From IMG/VR virus record IMGVR_UViG_3300022666_000349, positions 1 to 37,060 of that record: a DNA stretch of 37,060 nucleotides, one strand, 5' to 3'. This document shows, in pieces, positions 17,942 to 27,300 of the stretch. The notes under the pieces are model-generated. The model did no database searches. It was given only the letters and a program-made list of their open reading frames with translations, and had not been told where the DNA came from. How positions within the stretch are numbered: the stretch's first letter is position 1; the number at the start of each line of letters is the position of its first letter. The position numbers were made by a program, and so were the translations under genes. Origin of the DNA: a virus. Its lineage: Duplodnaviria > Caudoviricetes.

Positions 17942-18493
17942 ATGTCGGTAGTCATACAGTTTGCAGTCCCGGAGGCGGGAGCGGGAGAAGGCGAAGCGGT
18001 AACGGCGATCTGGTACGAGTCGGCGGATGGCACGGAATATACCGAAATAGGCCGGTCACTGCTATCTGCCCTGCCGGTGGAATCAGGGAAGTATGTGTGG
18101 GAACTGGCGGAGGCGGATAACACCAACTACCAGCTTGTCAAAACCGCCACGTCTGGCGGGGTTGTGAGTCCCTTCGGTGTGCTGCTTCCGCCCCTGCCCT
18201 CGGTTCCCGGTCTGCAAGCCCTCCACGGCAACGCCAAGGAGTTCGGCGCGGCAACCTGGAGCGAGGGCGATACCGTCACCATGACCCTGCAAGGTGAGCA
18301 ACTTGTCGGGGGCATTGTGCTGGAGCCGGTGACGAGAGTTACCGCTGTTAACGCGCAAGGGCTCTTCACCCTCACACCGGACAAGGGCGCAACCGTGACC
18401 ATCAAGATCGCCAACGTCACGACCGGCAAGGTATACTACACGCGGATCATCACGATCACTCAGGATAGCGCCAGAAACCTGTCGGATTATTAA
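17942..18493 (+). CDS. Putative virion/tail protein
   Basis: Beta-rich 183-aa ORF, AGGAG RBS. Confidence 0.6.
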   Translation: MSVVIQFAVPEAGAGEGEAVTAIWYESADGTEYTEIGRSLLSALPVESGKYVWELAEADNTNYQLVKTATSGGVVSPFGVLLPPLPSVPGLQALHGNAKEFGAATWSEGDTVTMTLQGEQLVGGIVLEPVTRVTAVNAQGLFTLTPDKGATVTIKIANVTTGKVYYTRIITITQDSARNLSDY

Positions 18494-18502
18494 GGAGCCA
18501 GA

Positions 18503-19399
18503 ATGCTTTCTTCATATTTTTACGGCGCGGGAGCGACAGCGGCGAATATCCTGGCCGATCAGGTCGCTATACTGACCGGGGAGACGAACGTTGCGAACCT
18601 GTCCGCCAGTTGCGACAAAGTTAACACGGTTATTGACGCATCGGTAACGGTCGCGGGGTGGACGCTCCACGATGCATCGGCAGGGACTAACGCCATCTGT
18701 CTCAAGGCGGCGGTGGCCGATAACGCCAGTCAATACAAGTATCTGGTGGTGGATACCAATTCCGCCGGATACATCCTCCTGAAGGGGTACGAAATCTGGG
18801 ACGCGGAAGGCCACTCTGGCACGAACCTGATCTACAACAGCAACACAACCTCGTACGCGCAGCGGATCAACACCACCCTGGGGGGCAGGCTGGATATATC
18901 GGCCTCTGTCCGGCATTGCTTCGCCTTCTCCTATCAGAACGGCGCATACGGATCGTCCAACGGAACCGCGCCGTGCGGGATACTGGAGCGGACCAGAAGA
19001 TCGCCCTGGGATACGGTGGCGAATGGCTATCCCCCGTTCGTGTTCCTGAACGGGTTCAGCGGGGGGATATGCTATGAACCGCGCAGCCTGAACGCAGCAG
19101 GCGCGGACGTGGTTTCCAATTCAGCAGCAGTTACCTCTGTTCACCTCTTCGGCACGGCAACGAACCCGACGACCACTGTGCCGAGTGATGCAGTGAAGAC
19201 GCCAAAGCACATGATGATACCATTTGGGGTCAACCAGATAACAGGCGGGCACCTGGGCGGAGACATATCATCACTGTGCGACATCTGGCTCACGACCTAC
19301 AACAACGGCAGCACCTACGATACCCTGGTTGTGGGTAGCGCAACCTATATGATATGGGCAGTTGCTGCTACATGGCGGTTTGCGGTTCGGAAGGGGTGA
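18503..19399 (+). CDS. Putative tail fibre/receptor-binding-associated protein
   Basis: G/S/T/N-rich 298-aa ORF, TAAGGAG RBS. Confidence 0.55.
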   Translation: MLSSYFYGAGATAANILADQVAILTGETNVANLSASCDKVNTVIDASVTVAGWTLHDASAGTNAICLKAAVADNASQYKYLVVDTNSAGYILLKGYEIWDAEGHSGTNLIYNSNTTSYAQRINTTLGGRLDISASVRHCFAFSYQNGAYGSSNGTAPCGILERTRRSPWDTVANGYPPFVFLNGFSGGICYEPRSLNAAGADVVSNSAAVTSVHLFGTATNPTTTVPSDAVKTPKHMMIPFGVNQITGGHLGGDISSLCDIWLTTYNNGSTYDTLVVGSATYMIWAVAATWRFAVRKG

Positions 19400-19402
19400 G
19401 CT

Positions 19403-19591
19403 ATGGCGCAATGGGCTACCGAGGGAACCTGTCTCAGCGGATTCTGTGTTGAAGAAGATCTGTTGTATGCCGCATATCAAATGCCGGGATTCTATACTGC
19501 TCCGAGCATCGGCGTCAGCGGCGAAGAACAGCAGGCCAGCGGCGGAAGCATTATCGGGTCCGCGATTGTGAGGGGTGTCAATGGTCCGTAA
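19403..19591 (+). CDS. Small hypothetical protein
   Basis: 62-aa ORF filling the operon gap. Confidence 0.5.
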   Translation: MAQWATEGTCLSGFCVEEDLLYAAYQMPGFYTAPSIGVSGEEQQASGGSIIGSAIVRGVNGP

Positions 19592-20798
19592 ACCAGGCGA
19601 TGGCTACCACGGAGAGTTCACCGTATGCAATCCGCAGACTGGCGGCGCGGTTGCCGCTGATTCCCTCCCTGTCGCATCGGCAGCAGTTAACGGGGTGGCG
19701 GACGCGGCATTTGTGCTGACGGTCGCCGCTATCGAGGTGGGGCGGTACTCGATTACTGGCGCTGTCCCGGCGTATTCGGCAGGGGATACGGTGGTGATAT
19801 CCGTTACCGCGGCGGTCGATACCGTGACCGGCAAGGGCGTTGTGGACCGGTTCACCATTGATACCGCCCTCCCAGGCGAAAACGCAACCGCGATTGAGTC
19901 TTTGCCCGTCCCGCCAACAGCGGCACAGATCCGGGCGGAGATGGACGGCAACAGTACGAAACTGGCCTATCTGAACGCGACCATATCCTCAAGGGCGACC
20001 GTTAACGATGTCTGGTCCGCCGCAACCAGGACCATTACCGACAAGACCGGGTTCAGCCTCTCGACCGCCGGTATCCTGGCGATCTGGAATCAGGCCACGG
20101 CAGCCGCCGGGATACTGGTGAATACCTTTGGCGCGAAGTTGCGGGATTGGGCTCTCGGGACGGACAACAAAGCCCTTGTTTCCACGGACGCGCAAGACCT
20201 GTCCTCAACTCTCGACGTTAACGCCAAGACGGTCGAGGACAAGGCCGGGTATGCGCTGACTTCGGCGTATGACGCGGCGAAGTCAGCGGCGACGCAGGCG
20301 AGCGTTAATGCTATCCCTACCACTCCCCTGCTCGCTGACGACCCGAGGTTGGACCGCATCGCTTCAATCCCCATTACTCCCTTGCTGGCGGAAGACTACA
20401 CCGAGCCCGATAACGCTTCCATATCAGCAATTCTGGCCGCATTGCAACACAATATGTACGGCCTTGCAGCTCTGGACAGCCAATTGAACGCTATCATCAC
20501 GGCGCTGGGCGGTGTTGCGGCAAACAGCGATATCCAAACCCTTCTTGTCCGGCTGACGGAGGCGCGGGCGACGCTTATCGGCAACCTGCAATACCTCACG
20601 GAGGTTCCCGGCCTCACGGCCGGGCAGATCGACATTCTCACCGAAGCGAGAAACGAGGCGAAGCTCGCCCGGCAACTGGCAGGGAATAAGGCGGCCATCT
20701 CGCCCGATGGCCAGACCGTTACCATCTATGCCGACGATGACACTACCCCCTTGTGGACGTTCAACATCCCCGACGCCAAGACCAGGATACCGGCATGA
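19581..20798 (+). CDS. Putative tail fibre-like structural protein
   Basis: A/T-rich; PTAAQIRAEMD, VWSAATRT and C-terminal TIYADDDTTPL segments. Confidence 0.6.
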   Translation: MVRKPGDGYHGEFTVCNPQTGGAVAADSLPVASAAVNGVADAAFVLTVAAIEVGRYSITGAVPAYSAGDTVVISVTAAVDTVTGKGVVDRFTIDTALPGENATAIESLPVPPTAAQIRAEMDGNSTKLAYLNATISSRATVNDVWSAATRTITDKTGFSLSTAGILAIWNQATAAAGILVNTFGAKLRDWALGTDNKALVSTDAQDLSSTLDVNAKTVEDKAGYALTSAYDAAKSAATQASVNAIPTTPLLADDPRLDRIASIPITPLLAEDYTEPDNASISAILAALQHNMYGLAALDSQLNAIITALGGVAANSDIQTLLVRLTEARATLIGNLQYLTEVPGLTAGQIDILTEARNEAKLARQLAGNKAAISPDGQTVTIYADDDTTPLWTFNIPDAKTRIPA

Positions 20799-22906
20799 TA
20801 ACGTCATTTATGGGCGACGGGACAAAGGTTTCCGTTGACTCGACGTACAACCTGCGGTGGCTCTCCTATGCCGAGCAGCAGCTGGCGGGACTGGCGAGGG
20901 CAAGGGAATCGGCCAATGTGCCATCTCTGGCGAAGAAGTACATCCCGGAAAACGGGATAATCGTTCACGTCAGGGTCTCGTCGGACGACAGGGAAATCGA
21001 GATCATCAGAGAGCGGGTGGACGGTTTCCTGTTCCACCCGCGTTCCGGAGAGATTGACTGGAAAGCCCATACTTTTTGGGCGGGATTGGCTTACCGGACG
21101 GTCCAGTTTCCCTACGTCAAGGGCGCAGGGTGGCAGCCGAACGGGAAGCCATTGGAATGGTTGCCGGTTGAGTATCCCCTGGCCGATGACGACAAGGGCA
21201 CTCGGAACATCAAGCGGCGCGGCAACGGGAAATGGAAGTACATCAAAAACCCTCCGGAAAATTACGGCAATATCGACTGGAAGGGGCGGAGTACGGCGGC
21301 CCCCGGCGAACGCTCCAACGCGCCTGTACTGACGTGGAAAGGGCCGCCATCCAGGTATTTTGCCGAGGGGATGGAGTTTCCGCCAACCGGGGAGCCATAT
21401 TACACTCCCAACGTCTACGAGTCCGGGCGGGCGCTGGTCTCTGTGCCGGTCTCGGAAGAACCGGCGCAATACATGGGAGAGCCGGTCCCTTATGTTGTCC
21501 TGGGCGCAGCGTTGACCAGGGACGCAGAAGACGAGATGTGGCTGGTGGTGGTCGCCAAGGAGTATTATTACAATGCCTCGACCGGAGAAAGCCGCAATGC
21601 GTTGAGGATAGCGGCCCGGAATTACAAAGATCTGGATGATAAGCTGAATGACTGGTATCACGAAGAAGATAATCCGGAAGGTTGGCGGATACTGCTCGAC
21701 GGGGGCAATTTCCCCGCCGCATCCCCATGGCACTTTAACGCATCCGGCACAGAGTCAAGTTCCGTTCACGCATTTACCATCCACACCATCACCGTCAACA
21801 TCAACACGCTATCCGCTGAAATGGCGGCGGTCGCGGCGGCAGATAACATCTCAGGGACCGGCCACCAGGAAGGGACCGGGATAATGACCGGGCCGTATAG
21901 CGGTTGGGACGGCGCAGTATATACCCCGAGGGGTGAGATGTACGACCCATATCTCGTTGCCTCATGGGAGGCGGGAAACATTGGTTCATGCCGTTACTAT
22001 CAGGGTGGGTATGGGGTTAGATCGGAACGTGCGGAGGCGGTCTGTGCCGTGGACTACAAGGGCGATACGAAGGTGGAAGCCCGTTTGATTTATACCTCAT
22101 CGGCCAAAAGAGAAACGGCCATAGTGATGGACATCTCCGCGACAGCCACCACCCTTCCGGGGTCGGACAATCTGCCCACAAAAGGCACCCATCACGGGAA
22201 GAACCGCTCCGGGACGGTGACCACATATGACTGCCAGGTGCAACTAAAGATTGGCAGCACAACCACGGACCTTTATTGCGAGAGCATCAGGGGACACAAC
22301 GGAACCAAGGGCGAACTCAAATACACGATTGTCGAATGGTATGGCAATGACCCGTCCAGGATATCCGGCACACTATGGTCGATGACCCTTAATGACGAGG
22401 AGCGGGACATCCGGGCAGGCGTGGTCATGTTTCTGGACCTTCAGCACGATATCGCGGTGATTGCCAAACGGCGAATCTACAGCAACGTCACCAACCATAC
22501 GAACCAGCATTTTTACAATTATGATACGGCAGAGGATTTGTACCCGGACAACGAATCCACGTCCACCGTAGATTACGAAACGACCATGAACATCGTTGGC
22601 CAGGGTGAGGACGAGCTGCCGTGGTATGACCAATTCGTTTTCACAGACGACGATGAGAACGTTACCATGCAGTATCCGGCCTGGGCCAGCATCACGGACA
22701 TATCAACTGATTACCCTGTCCAGTCCATCCATTTCCGGTATTCAAATCAGCCAGTGGGATCGTGGGCTGTGGACCGGCACGGCAATCATTTCTATTCCAT
22801 GCTGAAGAAGGATGGAGTCTACAACTATCTGACGGACGGGGAACCGGTCGAACTGACGGAGACGGAAGGGGAGAACCCGGTATTCTTTCCCATTGCGCCG
22901 GTATGA
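20795..22906 (+). CDS. Large putative virion/tail protein
   Basis: ~703-aa ORF with ATGA coupling; aromatic and beta-rich. Confidence 0.6.
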   Translation: MITSFMGDGTKVSVDSTYNLRWLSYAEQQLAGLARARESANVPSLAKKYIPENGIIVHVRVSSDDREIEIIRERVDGFLFHPRSGEIDWKAHTFWAGLAYRTVQFPYVKGAGWQPNGKPLEWLPVEYPLADDDKGTRNIKRRGNGKWKYIKNPPENYGNIDWKGRSTAAPGERSNAPVLTWKGPPSRYFAEGMEFPPTGEPYYTPNVYESGRALVSVPVSEEPAQYMGEPVPYVVLGAALTRDAEDEMWLVVVAKEYYYNASTGESRNALRIAARNYKDLDDKLNDWYHEEDNPEGWRILLDGGNFPAASPWHFNASGTESSSVHAFTIHTITVNINTLSAEMAAVAAADNISGTGHQEGTGIMTGPYSGWDGAVYTPRGEMYDPYLVASWEAGNIGSCRYYQGGYGVRSERAEAVCAVDYKGDTKVEARLIYTSSAKRETAIVMDISATATTLPGSDNLPTKGTHHGKNRSGTVTTYDCQVQLKIGSTTTDLYCESIRGHNGTKGELKYTIVEWYGNDPSRISGTLWSMTLNDEERDIRAGVVMFLDLQHDIAVIAKRRIYSNVTNHTNQHFYNYDTAEDLYPDNESTSTVDYETTMNIVGQGEDELPWYDQFVFTDDDENVTMQYPAWASITDISTDYPVQSIHFRYSNQPVGSWAVDRHGNHFYSMLKKDGVYNYLTDGEPVELTETEGENPVFFPIAPV

Positions 22907-22959
22907 GATGCATTAATCAGACGATGCGGGGCAGGCAGGCGTATTTTATCAGCTGCCAT

Positions 22960-22978
22960 GTTCAATATAATATTGAAC
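22960..22978 (+). promoter_or_regulatory. Operator copy 2, containing TATAAT, upstream of the ejection-protein genes
   Basis: GTTCAA-TATAATA-TTGAAC, directly before the AAGGAGG RBS. Confidence 0.7.
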
Positions 22979-22998
22979 GCTAAAGGAGGGGACACACA

Positions 22999-24324
22999 AT
23001 GGCCGTGAACAGCAAGAGAGGGATATGGGGAATAGGTGACGAGTACGAAACGGACCCGGCCAGAATCGCCGATGTGTCCACCCTTTCCGGCGGATTAAGG
23101 GGCATCGCGGGCGGTCTGGCGGGCAAGGTAGCCAACACCAACATCCGGACGGCCAGGGCGCTCAGGCGGGGTATTGGTGATTTCCTGTCCATGGGCGCGC
23201 CTCCAGCGGGAGCAAACCCCATAGAATACCGCACGATGAGCGGTAAGAAAAAGGCGGAAATAACCACGGATGTGGCGAAACTCAGGGGCGCTCCTGCCCC
23301 TGTTCCAGCTTCCAAACCGTCCGGAGTCATGTCGCAAGCGCAGGCGGCGGAAATACCCAAAAACCTGACCAATGCCGGAGCGGGCGCGGCGTTGGCCGCC
23401 ATGGGCGGCGCGATTGATGAATCGGCGCTGCCAACCCCTCGTCAGGATGCGGCAACGCCGCCTCCCACAGAGGCCGGAACAGGCGTCACCCCCTCTGATA
23501 CCGGCGCCGGCTTCGCCATAGTGGACGGCAAGCGCATCAACTACAGCGACATCGGGACCAGCCTCGACCCGCTGAAAAAGAACGGTGGTTTCGCCATGGC
23601 GGGCAGTGTCCCAGGCATAGGAGAGATCCCGGCGGACCCGGCAATCGGCGCCATGGACCGAGAAGTAAAAAGAATCCAGGGTGTCCAGGATGAAGCCAAC
23701 CTTGCCGGCATAGGTTACATGCGACCAAAGGCCGCCCGCCGGGCAATCGCCTTCCGCCAGCGCCAGCAGGACCTGGATCAGCAAGGGAGAGAGCTGGACA
23801 TCAAGGATCGCCGGGTGGCCGCGGAAGAGGATTTCCGTAACCGGGAACTGGCCGCCAAGACCCCGCTCATGGACGCCCAGGCGGCCAACACCCTTGCCGA
23901 GGCGCGGGCGAGAGAATTCGCCATCTCCCCGGAAGGCGTCAAGCAGGCGCAGTCGAAGGGCGAAGCGGCAGACTACAAGGAAAACGTGAACAGATATTTC
24001 AACATGGTAAAGGAGCGGAACCTGCCGCAATCATGGGCGGGCAAGCATATGGAAATAGCCAGGAAATACGCCATGGCCGACGACCCGGCAAACGATTACG
24101 GCATCTTCTTCAACCCGGCCACGCCGGACAGCATGGGCATCGGGACCAGCAAGAAGCTGTTCCTCCCCATCCTTCAGGAGTACATGAAAAAAGGCTATTC
24201 GCAAGGAGACGCCATGGCCCGCGCGTTCCAGTACCTGCAAGGCCTGGAGAAGACAAAAGGGAAACTCTATGAAGACGTGCCGAACATCGACCGTCTGCCA
24301 TACGAAACCAAGCCGCAATACTGA
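22999..24324 (+). CDS. Putative internal virion (DNA ejection) protein
   Basis: A/G/Q-rich helical protein preceding the giant ORF. Confidence 0.6.
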   Translation: MAVNSKRGIWGIGDEYETDPARIADVSTLSGGLRGIAGGLAGKVANTNIRTARALRRGIGDFLSMGAPPAGANPIEYRTMSGKKKAEITTDVAKLRGAPAPVPASKPSGVMSQAQAAEIPKNLTNAGAGAALAAMGGAIDESALPTPRQDAATPPPTEAGTGVTPSDTGAGFAIVDGKRINYSDIGTSLDPLKKNGGFAMAGSVPGIGEIPADPAIGAMDREVKRIQGVQDEANLAGIGYMRPKAARRAIAFRQRQQDLDQQGRELDIKDRRVAAEEDFRNRELAAKTPLMDAQAANTLAEARAREFAISPEGVKQAQSKGEAADYKENVNRYFNMVKERNLPQSWAGKHMEIARKYAMADDPANDYGIFFNPATPDSMGIGTSKKLFLPILQEYMKKGYSQGDAMARAFQYLQGLEKTKGKLYEDVPNIDRLPYETKPQY

Positions 24325-24339
24325 ACAGGAGCGCGACAA

Positions 24340-27300
24340 ATGGGCGTTTACGATAAAGAACTACCTGAATTTCTCAACGCGGACATAGATTCCATCCTTG
24401 CGGATTTCCGCTCCAGGCCGATCCCCCCATACACCCCTCCGCCAGCTCCGGAGGAAGAAGACGGCGAATTCGTCAAGGGCCTCAAGCGGGGTGTGGAGGG
24501 CCTGAAAAGCTCGGCCTACGGCGCGGCAGGCCTCGCCGGTTCCGCCCTGGGTATGGACGACGTGCGCGACTGGGGTTACAAGGGTTTTCTGGAGCATGAG
24601 GAAGAAGCGGCCAAACACGCGGGCCGGGTGCAGACCCTCGAAGACATCAAAGGCCTGGGCGATGTGCCGGACTATGTGACAGGGACGTTCGGCAGCCTGG
24701 TTCCATCCATGGCCGAAAGCGCCGTTACGGCGACAGTGGGCAGCCTTATCGGTTCAACCGCCGGTCCGGGGGGCACGGTCGCGGGAGCTGCCACCGGATT
24801 CTTAGGCAAGCAGGCCGTCAAATCCGCAATCCGCAAACTGGCGCGCAAGTATGTCAAGGAAGGCATGGAAAAGAAACTGGCCCGCGAGGCCGCCGAAAGG
24901 GCCGTGGGCTTGCTCCCGGCAAAGAAAATAGCCGCCAACCTCGGGGCCAAGGCGGGCATTGTCGCCGGAACGGCCCCCATCGAAGCGGGCGCCATGTGGG
25001 GCGAGGGGATGCAGCAGGGCAAGGACAACCCCTATTCCGCCGCGGTATTCGGCACCCTGTCCGGCCTGTCGGAACTGGTCGGCGGCGAAGGCGAATTGAT
25101 CGACATATTCACCAACCCGGCCAGGCAAGCGGCCAAGGGAAACATCATCAAGCGCATCGGCATGGAGATGGTCAAGACCATCCCCCAGGAAGCGGCGCAG
25201 GAGGCCACGCAGGAGACCCTTGCCATCATCAACCGCAAGGTGGTGGACCCGTCGTTCGACATGTTCGGCGAGGAAGCGCGCAGCCGCGTGCTCAACTCGG
25301 CGGCGGCCGGGGCCATCGGCGGTGTCGCCTTCGGCGCGGCCGGCGGCGTCAAGTCTGGCAGGGAGAAAGGCCCGCTCACCAGGGCGGCGGAAGCGGCGGT
25401 TCCTCCCGCCACACCTCAACCCGCGATGGAGCCGGACCCCTTCCAGGACGAACAACCGCCCCACTACTCCGAAAAGCTGGAACAGGAAGAACAGCAGATC
25501 CGGGAAGCGGCAGGAGTTAAGCCGAACGAAGAGACCCCTGGCGGAACGACCGCTGAACAGCAACAGGTCGACCAGGACGGACCACTGTCCGGCGCAGGCA
25601 TGGGGCAAACGGACACCGTTCTGTCGGAAGACGAGCAGGCAATCCAGCAGCCGGTGAATGAGCAACAGAGGTCAACGGACGAATTGCTCCTGGACGATGC
25701 GCGGGATTGGGCGGCTGGACAAATAAAACTCGGGAAGACTCACCTGATGCGCCAGATTGCGGAGCCTCCTGACTCATACTACAAACGCCTGATAGACTCC
25801 TACCAAAAGCGCAACCAGAAGCCCCCCGCGCAACCGGCGGACACCGGCCCGAAATACGCCAGCGTCCAGCTTGTCAATCCGGAGTCGGGCGGAATCGAGA
25901 TAGTCAGGCCCGAAGAAGTGGCGGCCCGTCTGCTGTCAGGATGGAGACCCGTTGAACAAGATGTTTCACCCGTCACCCGTCACACATCACCCATCACCGG
26001 CTTGAACGCCGTCACCGAAAAAGAGCGCGAATCGCTCAAATCCGCCATGGAAAGGCTGCAATACTGGGAGCATTCCGGCACGGACGGGGGAAAATCCAAC
26101 AGGGAACAGCTCTATCCGTGGCTCTCCTCCTGGCCCACTACCACCCCTGCCGAAGTCGGCAAGGCAATCGGGCGGTTCCTGGAAGGAAAGAAACTGGGAG
26201 ATGTTCAGCAAAGGCTCGTGGAAGCGGCGCTGGAGTACGAGCGGGAAAACTCCGTCCCCTTCGACATAGCGGAAGAAACAACCGAAGAAGACGCCCCCCA
26301 GGCGCAAAGCGCCCCGGCGGGAAAAACGCCTCTGTCCGGGACCGTTCGCGCCAAGGCGCAAGCCTACGCCCAGTCTGCGGGCATGGACCTGGACGGAGCA
26401 ACGGACGAAGAGATAGCAGCCTTCGTCGAGAAGTACAGAGCATGGAAATGGGCCAAAAGACAGGAAGAACACTTAACGAAGAAGATAGAAAAAACCAGGG
26501 AACCAAAGGCCCTGGAGCGGCTGGGCAAATCACTGGCAGAGGCGACCAGCAAGCGGAAGGAGCTGGAACCGAAAGGACCGGTCGGCGGCGCGGCGCCAAT
26601 TACTGATAACCCATCACCTATTACTGACGTTACCGCTGATCGCAAGGCCCGCTGGGCCGAAGCCAGAAGAAAGCATCTCCTGAATAAGCTGGCGCAGGAA
26701 AAAGAGCCCAAGGCACGGGAACGCATAAGAAATACCCTTGTACGGCTGGAGGCGGAACGCGTTCCGCGACAGGAAGAAAGAAGGGGAAAAGGCGACGCCG
26801 AAAAACCGGCTTCGCAGAATGCCCCTGAAACGGTTTTCGAGGGCAAGGCAATACCAGAGCCTGGCCCGGAAAAGGAATCAGAAAAACATAAAGCCACTGC
26901 TAAACAGTGGCTCTTGACTGCGTTTGACAAGAGAACCGGCGCTGATACGTCGGCAGACACTACCAGCCTTGCCAGCACGGGTGACACAGCTCGCCATGCT
27001 ACCGATTCTACTCTTGATAAAACATTACCATCGGAAGACGCAAGTGTTAAAGATAGCGCCGGGGCCGTTCCGCCTGCCTCGGGGGAAATGTCGAAGGCGC
27101 CAAGTATGGTCAGGGATTTTGCCGCAAAGGTATTGAATGGTGAAGACCATCCAAAAAGACTGGTCTTCAAAGTGACAACGGAAACAAAACGCCAAAAAGT
27201 TATTAACGATACCGGTGTTGATATAGGTGGATCAGTGGAAATGGTTCTTCCCGATTCAATTATCCATGTGAAAAAACGGCACTTGGATATTACTCTCGAC

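Noticed and set aside
18503-22906. Diversity-generating retroelement acting on tail genes
   Set aside because: No reverse transcriptase, and no TR/VR pair differing at adenines was seen
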